Of a DNA stretch of 64,000 bases, positions 24,813-37,141 are shown in pieces. The DNA comes from Phoronis australis (taxonomy: Eukaryota > Animalia > Phoronida). The stretch is from positions 134,444 through 198,443 of the forward strand of contig NMRA01000670.1 in assembly GCA_002633005.1 (NCBI GenBank), in the 5' to 3' direction. Made by a program: the position numbers and the translations under genes. Below the pieces are notes generated by a model, which had not been told where the DNA came from, made no database searches, and was given only the letters and a program-made list of their open reading frames with translations. How positions within the stretch are numbered: position 1 is the first letter of the stretch; each line of letters starts with the position of its first letter.

Positions 24813-25522
24813 CGTATAGGTGCTCCGTATAAAGGCGGGCAAAAAGCGAAGCCTTCTATTTTAATACAGAGAATCCCGCCCGAATGCAGCCACAGAGCCC
24901 CAAATTAAAATTCTTACCTATGTAATTTTGGCAAGAATAAGTCATTTTAAATAACCTGTTTTTAGTGAAATTCAGCTAAACAGGAAATTACCAGTTTTTA
25001 TCTTGGCGTTCAAAAAGGCAGTTGAACTACAGATGGCTAACTTAAAGATAGAAAAGCAATGGTACATCATACGTTAATAATAAGTGGGTGGGAACCAATT
25101 TTGCTGATTTTTAATGATTAATATGTGGAACATAACAATAATTCATGACATTATGCTGATTTTTTAACACATGGGTTCAATGAAAAATGATTCATATTTT
25201 GACATTTCAAGACAGTGGACCAGAAAAGAAAAAGTTATGGCAGGGCAGTATAATATTGACAATTCATTACGTAACCCCACAAAATAGCCGGCACGTGAAA
25301 TTGTGTTTTGGAAAATTACTCAGCAAATTTCAAGATTAAGTAACTTAAAAAATCATTAGGTCGAACTGTGCTGTGCTGTGAAGTAAAACAACATCAGTAT
25401 TTGCAGTAAAATGAGTTGCAACTATTTTTAGCCAAAATAAATAGATTTCCAGTACCTGGCAAAAATTTGCCAAGTAATCCATACTGTAAAAGAAAATCTA
25501 TTAGCTTCCTGTCAATAAACTA

Positions 25523-25606
25523 AATTAAGGGTGAACTAAGTGTTAATTAAGGGTTGACTAAGGATTGACTAAGGGTAAACAAAGGGTTGACTAAGAGTTA
25601 ACTAAG
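25523..25606 (+). repeat. 11-bp tandem repeat (TAAGGGTTGAC-like)
   Basis: About 7 degenerate copies shortly after a TACTGTAAAA CACTA-like end. Confidence 0.7.
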
Positions 25607-27199
25607 AAAGTAAAGGCACAGAACCCTGCATATGATTAGATAATTTTGCAAGAAAACTTTGAGATCTTTTCAACGTGTGTGAGGTCAATAATACAGAAAA
25701 TTTATGGTTGTCAAGACTTTCAATAAAGATCTTGTGAGAGCGGGAAATTATCTAGGTGAAAAGTTTTCCAGGTCAAAGTTCACTACAGAAATTTTGACAG
25801 CTATGTGCCCGGGTGAGAATTTGACACGTTTGACACGCTCTAAAAACGTGGAGTATTGGAACGCCCTAAAAACGTGTCAAACGTGTAAAACGTGGCGTGT
25901 CAAACGTGTAAAATGTAGCGTGTCAAACGTGTCAAGAACGTGTCAAAAACGTGTAATTTTCGTTCCAATACTCCACGTTTGACACGCAAAGCGTGTCAAA
26001 CGTGGCGATAGCGTGTCGAACATGGCATGCCAAAACGTGGCAAAAACGTGGCACTTTTGACACGCTAGCGTGTCGAACGTGGCGATAAGCGTGTAAAACG
26101 TGGCAATAGCGTGTCAAACGTGGCGTGCCAAAACGTGGCAAAAACGTGGCACTTTTGACACGCTAGCGTGTCAAACGTGGCGCTNCGTGTCGAATGTAGC
26201 TTGCCAAAACGTGGCAAAAACGTGGCACTTTTGACACCCTAGCATGTCAAACGTGGCGCTTTTGACACGCTAGCCTGTAATCTGTGTCATTGCCATGGTA
26301 GTGACCCTACATTTAGCCTGAGGCCGTGTACAAGCCATAATGTTCTTGTTTATAGCAGCTCACCATCCACCATGGGAATCCATACTGAAAGCAAATGTAT
26401 AAAGGGATTTCTTCTTTAAGTTACAGTTTATTGTTACTGATAATGATATAGAATCATTAAAAGGATAATGTAACTATCCAACTCTTACCACATACTGTTT
26501 TCACTAAATTTCATTTCATCTAGAATAACATTAACACAGAAATAAGAAAATGGTTCTACATACAAATTTGAAGTGCTTAAGCTGCTATATATATGCATAT
26601 AAGTCTAAGCTTTTGAGTCAGGCCAGTCGCTTGAAAACAGTTTATGAAGTAAAGAACAGACGCACTTTGTAACATCTTTGAATTACCAAGAGTGATTCAA
26701 CATTTNCAGTTTATTGTTACTGTTGATGTAAATAATCCAAAATGTGATAATGATATAGAATCATTAAAAGGATAATGTAACTTTTGAGTCAGGCCAGTTG
26801 CTTGAAAACAGTTTATGAAGTAAAGAACAGACGCACTTTGTAACATCTTTGAATTACCAAGAGTGATTCAACAATTGTCATAACATTGAGTTCATGTTGA
26901 TTTTGCAGCCCAAACCTCTAAACACAATGTCTTATCCTCATTCAAGCTGACACAAAATGTGAGTTGATCCAATAACAACAATATTATGAATTGATATATT
27001 ACTGAAGATGAGAGGCGTTCCGACTTCATATATTAACTGCGTAGTCAATAGTTTCTACTGACTTTTGTTTTCTGTTACAATCAAACTTACCTGTAAAAAG
27101 AAGGACCATTTGCAAGAAAAGTTTGTCAACCAGAGTATATACATACTAAACTTCTGTTAGAGCTGCACCACACTCGAAAACCATACTTCATAAGTGCTG

Positions 27200-29774
27200 C
27201 TTTGCCCTGACGTGTCCTCTTCCAGGAACACAGGGTCGTTATCTGAAGGCTCATCGGCTTGGAGACTCCCAGCCCTGTGGGGTTCATCCTGTCTGGGTAC
27301 CTCCAACGTCTCACCAGAGGGATCCTCTGCGCGTTGCTCTTGATTCTCCTGATAACCACACCGCGATCTTGATCGGTGGACACGTAAGCCACGGATGTTC
27401 TTGCACACCTTTCCACAACTACATACTGCTCCTTCCACAACACCTCCTGTCAGTGTCAACTGTTTCAAAGTCCTTGGTCGTTGCAAAGTCGTTTCCGTGT
27501 TATCCGCCGTTGTGAGTCTCTCATTCTCCCCCCCTCTCGGGAGACTCTGGGGGTATGCATCATTTTGGTTCGACGTAGCGTGAGAATGGGTGCTCCTATA
27601 ACCGGAGCTGCAGGCCGAGGTGCTGGCCCTGCCTGCCCCAATCCAGTCTTTCCTGGGGGTCATCTGTCTCTCCAGCGTCACTGGTCTTCCCCAGTTGCCA
27701 TCCAGCCTTTCCTGGAAGTCTTGAAATGTCGATGTGTGTACTTACAGTGATGTTATCTGCCTCAATAGTTGTCAGGCTTCTATGTAGTCTGACGTCTTGT
27801 CGCCCCTTCTTCGTAACAGCTAAACCAGGATTCTCTTCTACCCGCCGTACACTAACTAGTTGGAGGCGTAGCTTGATGTCGTCAGATGGCATCCAGCTTC
27901 CTCGACTCGTTTCGACCCTAAACCATAACGGTCTCCACTGGTGGGTCCACAGTGGCGGCCAACCCACTGTGCATCACTGAGGCCTCCAACTTCCTTCATT
28001 CCGACGGTACCACAGCCAACAAGATGTCCTCTCAGCTGTCTCGCCCAGTCTTCTCACTGCAGCTTTCTTCCTTCCCCCTCGCACACCAATCTTCTCCAGC
28101 AACCACCATACAGATCTTGCAGGGAATCCTCTACATCCCACCTCTACAGGAAACAACCAAGTTCGCCAGCCCCGAGCTCTACATGTCTCCGCCAGCTCGC
28201 TATACTTAGATAATTTCCTCTCATGGGCCTCTTCGCATCCTTCCTCCCAAGGCACCGTAAGCTCTATAATCACTATAAATTGATGGATATCCGACCACAG
28301 AATGATGTCAGGCCGAAATGATGTTTCCACAATACTCGAGAACACAAGCTTTCTTCCCAGATCTACTCTCATTTCCCAGCTTACTCCATCCAGGATGCAA
28401 GGCTGCTGACGTGACTTCTTTCGTATCCCACCTTCCCTGACGAATTGCATGTGCTGGCTGCTTGCCCTAGGCTGAGTTACTTTTGTCTTACGCTCTCCAT
28501 CTATGATGTCTGCAAGGGTCTTCAGTACTTGGTCATGACGCCATCTGTATCGGCCCTGCTGTAGTGCCATCTTGCAGCCTGATAGGATGTGGGCCAATGT
28601 ACCTCTTCCTTCGCACAACTGGCAGGCTGGGTCATCCACTAGGCCCCAGCGAAGAAGGTTTGCAGGCGATGGTAACACGTCGTAAACCGAGCGAAGTAAA
28701 AACTGGACACGCATAGGCTCCATACTCCAAACGTCTGCCCACGATATTTTCCTCACTGGAAGGTTCCACCTGGTCCATGCTCCCTGCTGGCTTAGTTAGA
28801 CTGCCTTGGGTTTACGGGCTTCTTCCTCCGCTGCTCTCACCTCAGCTTGGACCATCTCCCTCCGCTGCCTCTCACTCGGTTTCTCCCACTGCTGGAACTG
28901 GGATGTCCCAAACCCCTGGCGTCCTACGCAGGTGCTACCAATTATATCTCTGATCTGTAATAAACTCTCCGCCTGGCTCACAGATGTGTCTGCTGACCAC
29001 CGTCTCCCTGATCTTGTCATGACGCCAGCATCCCTCACCTTTGGATCTCATAGAGTCACGTAATGTGAGAACCAGCCTGCACTTTCCTATTTAAACTCCT
29101 CCGTGATTGATACTAGACGCAGCTGAAGCTCTGCTGTTCTGCTATAAAGGCCAACCTGTGTGAAGCTTCTTGGGACTCCCAACCACTTCCTCAGCCACTT
29201 GCTTACTGTTCTCTCCAGGAACTCTACCGCCGATATCGGGATGTCGTACAGCATTAGACCCACGTTGCTCGAGGTAACAGCCCGTGCTGGTAAATCCATG
29301 CCTTGTACTTGCCAGGAAGACCGCTTTTCTCTATTNTGAAGCTTCTTGGGACTCCCAACCACTTCCTCAGCCACTTGCTTACAGTTCTCTCCAGGCACTC
29401 CACCGCCGATATTGGGATGTCGTACAGCATTAGACCCCACGTTGCTCGAGGTAACAGCCTGTGCTGGTAAATCCATGCCTTGTACTTGCCAGGAAGACCG
29501 CTTTTCTCTATTCTCTTCAACCACTCCGTCACCTGGGTCTCCATCAGCTTGATGTTGTTCTTGTCGCACAGGAGATCATCGTACCATTTACCTACGCACT
29601 TGATGGGGTTATTAACAATTGATGGAATTTGTTCGCCTTGAATGGTCAAGGTAAATCTGTTGACAACTTTCCCACCTCTCATTATCAGAAGTCTCGACTT
29701 CCTGGGTTTAAACTTCATACGAGCCCACGTTGCTACTTCATCTAGAGCTGCCAAAACCCACCGAGCTTGCACAT
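27200..29774 (-). mobile_element. HERO/R2-group (RLE-type) non-LTR retrotransposon fragment, permuted
   Basis: RT end (WARMKFKPRKSR, GLPGKYKAWIYQH.LLPR), CQLC..HILSGC, RHDQVL, RPDII, IELTVPWEE, KY, VEVGCRG; then UTR; then N-terminal finger CSCGKVCKNIRGLRVHRSRSRC. Confidence 0.9.
27974..28756 (-). pseudogene. Restriction-like endonuclease and CCHC domain of the HERO ORF
   Basis: 260-aa open frame with a CCHC knuckle and PD..E RLE motifs; upstream frames are broken. Confidence 0.9.
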
Positions 29775-30219
29775 CATATTTTACACGTTCGACACGCTAG
29801 CGTGTCAAAATTTTACACGTTCGACACGCTAGCGTGTCAAAATTTTACACGTTTGACACCGTAGCGTGTCACATTTTACACGTTTGATATGCTAGCGTGT
29901 CAAACTTTACACATTTGACACGTTAACGTGGCAAACTTTACACGTTTGACACGCTAAGGTGGCAAATTTTACACGTTTGACACGCTAGCATGTCAATTTT
30001 TACACGTTTGACACGCTAATGTGGCAAATTTTACACGTTCGACACGCTAACGTGGCAAATTTTACACGTTTGACACGCTAACATGGCAAATTTTACAGAT
30101 GTTTTTACACGTTTTACACGTTAACGTGGCAATTTTGACACGTATTACACGTTTTTTTACACGTCTGACACGTTTGACACGCTCAAAAGCGTGTCAAACG
30201 TGTAAAATTCTCACCCGGG

Positions 30220-30880
30220 TTGCTATGAATGGCAGTACAATATGACGGAAAATGTTAATAAACTGTGCTGGGTTAATGATGTTAAGAAATTGCTGTTTCA
30301 GTTTGGTTTTGGAGAAGCATGGTATAATCAGGGTGTAGGTTCCGAGACAAGCTGCATATTACTTTTTAAACAAAGATGCAAAGATATTGATCAGCAAAAA
30401 TGGCAAGATATTTTGAACAATTCGATTAAGCTGGAAACGTACAGAACTTTTAAGTTAAATATGTTTTGAAAACTATTTAGATGTAATTGACAATGTAAAT
30501 AATAGAGATGATATGGTAAGATTAAGATGTTCAGCGCATGCACTAATGATTGAAAAGGGTAGACACTTGAAACTTAGCAGAACAGAAAGGTTATGACCTC
30601 TCTGTGTTAGGACATATGTCGAGTCAGAATATCATTTTGTTATCGAATTCCCATTCTACGATGACCTTAGGAAACGATATTTGCCTGCATGGAGCTACAA
30701 CAATCCCAATGTTACAAAATTCAACAGACTCATGACTAAGGAGGAAAAAGACCTTATATGGTCAACATGTAAATATGTTCATTTGGCATTCAAGCGAAGA
30801 AGAATTCGGTTTACTTCTAGTGTTTGACACTTACCTTTATTGTATTTGAGGATTTGATTGTAACAAGGGCCGGAGGCCTA
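30220..30880 (+). mobile_element. 3' fragment of an RTE-X-like LINE
   Basis: W...VKKLL..FGFGEAW, KLETYRTFK, LRCSAHALMIEKGRH, C-terminal knuckle remnant LC..ESEYHF; UTR ends gggccggaggccta. Confidence 0.8.
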
Positions 30881-33800
30881 CCCGGGTGAGAATTTGACAC
30901 GTTTGACACGCCCTAAAAACGTGTCGAACGTGTAAAACGTGGCGAGTCAAACGTGTAAAATGTAGCGTGTCAAACGTGTCAAGAACGTGTCAAAAATGTG
31001 TAATTTTCGTTCCAATACTCCACGTTTGACACGCTTTGCGTGTCAAACGTGGCGATAAGCGTGTAAAACGTGGCGATAGCGTGTCGAACGTGGCATGCAA
31101 AAACGTGGCAAAAACGTGGCACTTTTGACACACTAGCGTGTCGAATGTGGCGATAAACGTGTAAAACGTGGCGTGCCAAAACGTGGCAAAAACGTGGCAC
31201 TTTTGACACGCTAGCGTGTCAAACGTGGCGCTTTTGACAGGCTAGCCTGTAATCTGTCATTGCCATGGTAGCGACCCTACATTTAGCCTGAGGCCGTGTA
31301 CAAGCCATAATGTTCTTGTTTATAGCAGCTCACCATCCACCATGGGAATCCATACTGAAAGCAAATGTATAAAGGGATTTCTTCTTTAAGTCACAGTTTA
31401 TTGTTACTGTTGATGTAAATAATCCAAAATGTGATAATGATATAGAATCATTAAAAGGATAATGTAACTACCCAACTCTTACCACATACTGTTGTCACTA
31501 AATTTCATTTCATCTAGAATAACATTAACACAGAAATAAGAAAATGGTTCAACAAACAAGTTTGAAGTGCTTAAGCTTCTATATATATGCATATAAGTCT
31601 AAGCTTTTGAGTCAGGCCAGTTGCTTGAAGACAGTTTATGAAGTAAAGAACAGACGCACTTTGTAACATCTTTGAATTACCAAGAGTGATTCAACATTTG
31701 TCATAACATTGAGTTCATGTTGATTTTGCAGCCCAAACCTCTACACACAATGTCTTATCCTCATTCAAGGTGACACAAAATGTGAGTTGATCCAAAAACA
31801 GCAATTATGAATTGATATACTACTGAATATGAGAGGCGTTACAACTTCATATATTAAGTGCATAGTCAACAGTTTCTACTAACTCTTGTTTTCTGTTACA
31901 ATCAAACTTACCTGTAAAAAGAAGGACCATTTGCAAGAAAAGTTTATCAAGCCACTGTCAACCAGAGTATNGGTTAACCGCCCACCCCCGATTTTTTGGG
32001 TTTGCCAATTTAACCGCCCAGGGCGTTAACCCGAACGATTACGGTATATTAACTGCATAGTCAACAGTTTCTACTGACTCTTCTTTTCTGTTACAATCAA
32101 ACTTACCTGTAAAAAGAAGGACCATTTGCAGGAAAAGTTTATCAAGCCACTGTCAACCAGAGTATATACATACTAAACTTCTGTTAGAGCTGCACCACAC
32201 TTGAAAACCATACTTCATAAGTGCTCTCCTGACATGACTGCACTCTCTGACAGCTAAACCAACTCTAACTCAGTATTTGGATATTTGAATAGGCAGTGAA
32301 AACTTTTGTTGCAAATTCTTTGATGTTATTAAGGGAACATGTTTAATCATTCAAATTGGGAGATTACCTCCCAGTGGCCTTTTCAGAACTGCCAAGCCTA
32401 TTTAAATTGTATCTTTATTGAAGAGTTCTATCATATTTTACACCTTCGACACGCTAGCGTGTCAAAATTTTACACGTCTGACACGCTAGCGTGTAAAATT
32501 TTACACGTTTGACACCGTAGCGTGTCACATTTTACACGTTTGATATGCTAGCGTGTCAAACTTTACACGGTTGACACGTTAACGTGGCAAATTTTACACG
32601 TTTGACATGCTAGCGTGGCAAATTTTACACGTTTTACACGTTAACGTGGCAATTTTGACGCGTATTACACGTTTTTTTACACGTTTGACACGCTCAAAAG
32701 CGTGTCAAACGTGTAAAATTCTCACCCGGGTTATTACCATTTAAGTGTGGCACCATTGTGTTATGTGGCAGTAGACCTGTTTTATCATGTATGCAGTAGT
32801 TGATACTTTACTGTCAGATAAGATTTGGAATGATTAAGATTCTTATAGTCAATTAACTGGAGACCTGTAACCATGACAACGGCCTGGTTGTAGTTGAGAT
32901 ATGCAAATTGGCTTTGTTGCTAAAACTATTACCATGGTAATTGGTAATTACCAGTTTAAGGGTTCTGTTTACATACCACCAATTGAGGAGGAAATGATTT
33001 TAAGGATTTATTTTCTGCTTCAGAGTAAGACTGTAAAGATGGACTTACGGTTAGTTGTGTTTTCTGGACATCCTTTATGTTCCTTTGTTAGGCCTATCAG
33101 GTAATTCTGAGGCTATCTCATTTCCATTTCCCCTAACTCTCGTGCTTGAATTATTATGTAGGCTTGTTTACAAGGTCTTTGCAATATTAGGTTTAATAGT
33201 AGTTTCTGTAACTGAGGCTTCACTGGTGGCTTAGAAGCATTTAATATATTTTCACTCAGGAGTTTGGTGTTTAATTTGTCAGATGACGGTCCTGGATCAA
33301 AGTGAGCAGCGCAGTCAACTTCGCGGCAGAACTATATTAATCGTACCTAGAAGGATTGATTTGGCAGTCTGTTCTAGCATACTTGGATGATTGGTAATGT
33401 CACGGTTGGATGTTGAATCATCTAGAAAATGTGGCTGATCTGTTGCTGTGATGGACCTTCTGTAAGTTGGCAGGCAGACAACTGGAGGGTCAGAAAATCT
33501 GGGGAGTCCTTCCGCTTGATTGCCCTTTATTGTACTTTAATCTGACAATGTTCAAGTAAGGGTTGATTTAATTTTTCACCTTATTTGTGGATGAAAACTA
33601 AGTCAATATTTGAATTCCTCAAACAATTTGAGTATGGAGTGTTTCCACCTCAAAAGTTAGCCATTAGTTTTGTGGGAGATAGATCTATGTAATTTATATC
33701 AGCTGCTTTGATTGTCTGTCCAAAAGATCCACTTACTGATCAGACCTAATTACCAAGATGTTTAAATTATTACCCACTCCTGGAAATGCCCATTCAGATC

Positions 33801-34864
33801 GTTAATAATAGTGTGTCCTAAGGCCCTTTTATACCTTAAGCTTTGACAACTTGATGCTTTGGGGAGTTGCGGTCAGTGTGAAGGGTTAACTTCAGTCCTG
33901 GATCGAAGTTAACAGCACCAGTTAATTTTGCAATTAACAGGTGGATTTAACAGTGGAGCGTCGACACTGCGGTGCAGTATGAACGGTCTGTTTTGGTCCC
34001 ATTGAAGTTATCGCCAGGGGCAGCTGTTATTGTCAACAATTAAAGGGTAGTTTAATCACTAGCAGTTGCTTATATTTTGCTTGAATAATCACCAATTGAA
34101 TTAGAAATAAGTTTATGTCAATTAGCGTATGTAAATTTTCCTTAATTGTCACAAGGCTTGGAATTTTCCGCGGAAATGCAGATTTCCGCTTTTTTCAAAT
34201 GTTCTGTCCGCGTATTTTATTATATTTCCGCGTAAAAAATCGGATTTGATATAAACTTTCCGCGGCAAATTTCTTTCTTACCCAGGGCTCGACGCTATTA
34301 AAATCGCCAGGTCGCATTTTGCGACCTAGCCAAAATCCCAGGTCGCATTTTCAAAATCCANCAAATTGGGTGATTACCTCCCAGTGGCCTTTTCAGAACT
34401 GCCAAGCCTATTTAAATTGTATCTTTATTGAAGAGTTCAATCATATTTTACACGTTTGACACGCTAGCGTGGCAAACTTTACACGTTTGACACCGTAGCG
34501 TGTCACATTTTACACGTTTGATATGCTAGCGTGTCAAACTTCACACGTTTGACACGCTAACGTGGCAAACTTTACACCTTTGACACGCTAACGTGACAAA
34601 CTTTACACGTTTGACACGCTAGCGTGTCAAATTTTACACGTTTGACACGCTAGCGTGTCAAATTTTACACGTTTGACACGCTAGCGTGGCAAATTTTACA
34701 CGTTTGACACGCTAACGTGGCAAGTTTTACACGTTTGACACGCTAGCGTGTCATGTTTTTACACGTTAACGTGGCAATTTTGACACGTATTACACGTTTT
34801 TTTACACGTTTGACATGTTTGACACGCTCAAAAGCGTGTCAAATGTGTAAAATTCTCACCCGGG
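30881..34864. mobile_element. Second CCC-terminated element, with an extra right end at 32730 on an n-bounded segment
   Basis: Left TIR at 30881; right TIRs ending 32730 and 34864; interior nearly identical to 25808..27197; n joins at 31971 and 34361. Confidence 0.8.
32780..33810 (+). pseudogene. Highly decayed Gypsy pol relic (protease to RT)
   Basis: FKGSVYIPPIEEEMILRIYFL resembles the C-terminal half of a retropepsin; faint RT-like text near 33.7-33.8 kb. Confidence 0.45.
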
Positions 34865-35130
34865 AAGTTATTGAATAAATATATTATATTAACGGCCTCT
34901 TCACCAGTGTTTATATACCAGGACACTGTGGCATCTCATTCAACATCAAGGCTGATGAGCTTGCAGTCATCGCAGAACCGATTGCAAACCTGCTCCTCAC
35001 ACCAGCAGATGTAATCTCCAGAGTGCCTGAATCGCTTACAGATGCCGAGATTGTACAACATCAGGAGAGATGGGCAACAAAGTGCCTCATAGAGCGAGGA
35101 TGGCAATACGGAGATGCAGCAAAAACTCAT

Positions 35131-37141
35131 ACAAGAGCAACGCAGAGCGTTGAAATGCGCCCACAATTGCACCGTATACGGTATCCTTCAAGGGTTGTTT
35201 ATTGGTACCATAAAGTGGCCAGTAGAGGGCATATATGTGGTATGTTGTACTTTGCAAAATGGAAAGGCATGGTCCTTGTCTCCTCAATAGGCTAGGGGCA
35301 AAATGTGAGTGATCATAATACAAGCACATCCTATACATCAGTTGCTTAAAGCACCACAGAAACATAGAATTAAAAACAAATTTACCAACNCACCAGTTGC
35401 TTAAAGCACCACAGAAACATAGAATTAAAAACAAATTTACCAACATACGAGACTAGCACAGCATTAGAACGCCAGAAACAAATTTCTACTTGGAACTTTT
35501 CCTTCACAGTCACGAAGTAACACAAAGTATACACCTGAAGACCAATGAAAATACAGAGGTCAATGTAAAATACTAAAATTGCCACTAGAGGCATACCGGT
35601 AATCAGAATCATCCTAAAGTCGTCATCGTACGTTGTCAACATCACATAAATACACTTGCTAAATTTAGTAAAGATCCTGCAAAAGGTTTGGGAGATACAG
35701 CCATGGGCGCAAAAAACAAAACTGCCACTAGGAGGCGCCACAGTAGTCCAAATCGTCTGAAAATCATTGTCAGCTGTCTTCCTTATAGTAAGCACATACA
35801 CGCCAATTTTCACAATCATCCTTAGAGCGGTTTGGTTGATAGAGGGATGGACGCAAAAATACAGACTCGAAAACAGTAAAAATGGCCACTAGGGGGCGCA
35901 AACTACGTCGAATCCATCTGAAAACAGTAGGATAGCGTCATCTCACTAATAGGTGCCTACATACCAAATTTCATGAAAATCCGTTCAATACTTTTGAAGA
36001 TACAAAGGTAAGCGTAAAAAACTAAAATTGCCACTAGGGGGCACACCGGTAGTCGGATCCGACCAAAAGTCGTCATCTTCCGTTGTTAACATCATATAAA
36101 TATACTTACACAATTTGTAAAGATCCTGCGAACGGTTTAGGAGATACAGCCATAGGCGCAAAAAAACAAAACTGCCACTAGGAGGCGCCACAGTAGTCGA
36201 AATCGTCGGAAAATCATCGTCAACCATCCTCTACATAGTAAGCATATACATGCCAATTTTCACAATCATCCTTTGAGCGGTTTGGTTGATAGAGGGGTGG
36301 ACGCACAAAAACAGACTCGAAAACACTAAAAATGGCCACTAGGTGGCGCAAACTATGTCGAATCCATCTGAAAACGGGAGGATAGCGTCATCTCACTAAT
36401 AGGTGCCTACATACCAAATTTCATGAAAATCCAATAAGGACTTGTGAAGATACAAAGGTAAGCGTAAAAAAATTAAAATTGCCACTAGGGGGCACACCGG
36501 TAGTCGGATCCGTCCAAAAGTCGTCATCTTTCGTTGTTAACATCATATAAATATACTTACACAATTTCGTAAAGATCCTGCGAACGGTTTAGGAGATACA
36601 GCCATAGGCGCAAAAAAAACAAAACTGCCACTAGGAGGCGCCACAGTAGTCGAAATCGTCGGAAAATCATCGTCAACCGTCCTCTACATAGTAAGCACAT
36701 ACATGCCAATTTTCACAATCATCCTTTGAGCGGTTTGGTTGATAGAGGGGTGGAAGCACAAAAACAGACTCGAAAACACTAAAAATGGCCACTAGGTGGC
36801 GCAAACTATGTCGAATCCATCTGAAAACGGCAGGATAGCGTCATCTCACTAATAGGTGCCTACATACCAAATTTCATGAAAATCCGTTCAGGACTTTTTG
36901 AAGATACAAAGCGTAAAAAACTAAAATTGCCACTAGGGGGCACACCGGTAGTCGGATCCGTCCGAAAGTTCGCACATGCCGTACCATTCATGAATGGAAC
37001 ATATGTGCCACATTTCATGAACGTAAGTCAAAGGGTTTTGGAGATAGAGCAGCGGACGCCGGACGCCGCCCGGACAGATGGACGGACGGACAGAGATGAC
37101 GGCATAATGCGTCCACATATAAATATGTGAGCGCATAAAAA
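35131..37141 (+). mobile_element. HINE-like element containing a higher-order satellite
   Basis: 5' subTIR ATGCGCCCAC (35155..35164), tandem cores, (GGAC)n microsatellite, 3' hairpin 37107..37136 followed by an A run. Confidence 0.75.
35570..36980 (+). repeat. Higher-order tandem repeat: 3 x ~450 bp, each made of three 141-161 bp monomers
   Basis: CCACTAG anchors at 35582, 35725, 35886, 36031, 36175, 36336, 36482, 36628, 36789 and 36930. Confidence 0.95.

Larger units (their letters stand above)
25808..30219. mobile_element. CCC-terminated CACTA/EnSpm-like non-autonomous element, copy 1, containing a HERO fragment
   Basis: TIR CCCGGGTGAGAATTT.ACACGTTTGACACGC at both ends; dense TTGACACG/CGTGTCAA subterminal arrays. 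Confidence 0.85.

Noticed and set aside
27875-27935. Canonical hammerhead ribozyme (GAAAC..GTC and CTGACGA present on the minus strand)
   Set aside because: Stems I and II cannot be formed around the core in any standard permutation by eye; kept only as a structured-UTR candidate
29160-29515. Internal duplication in the HERO ORF; similar duplications at 26706 and 35390
   Set aside because: Each sits on a single-n join and looks like unmerged contig overlap or haplotypes
25808-34864. About 29-bp TTTTACACGTTTGACACGCTAGCGTGTCAA arrays as CRISPR or as coding ORFs (25932..26141, 30979..31209)
   Set aside because: Tandem subterminal repeats of a TIR element with no unique spacers; the ORFs are repeat translations
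35570-36980. Regularly spaced short conserved motifs resembling a CRISPR array
   Set aside because: The spacers are themselves repeated in a 450-bp period, there are no cas genes, and the context is eukaryotic
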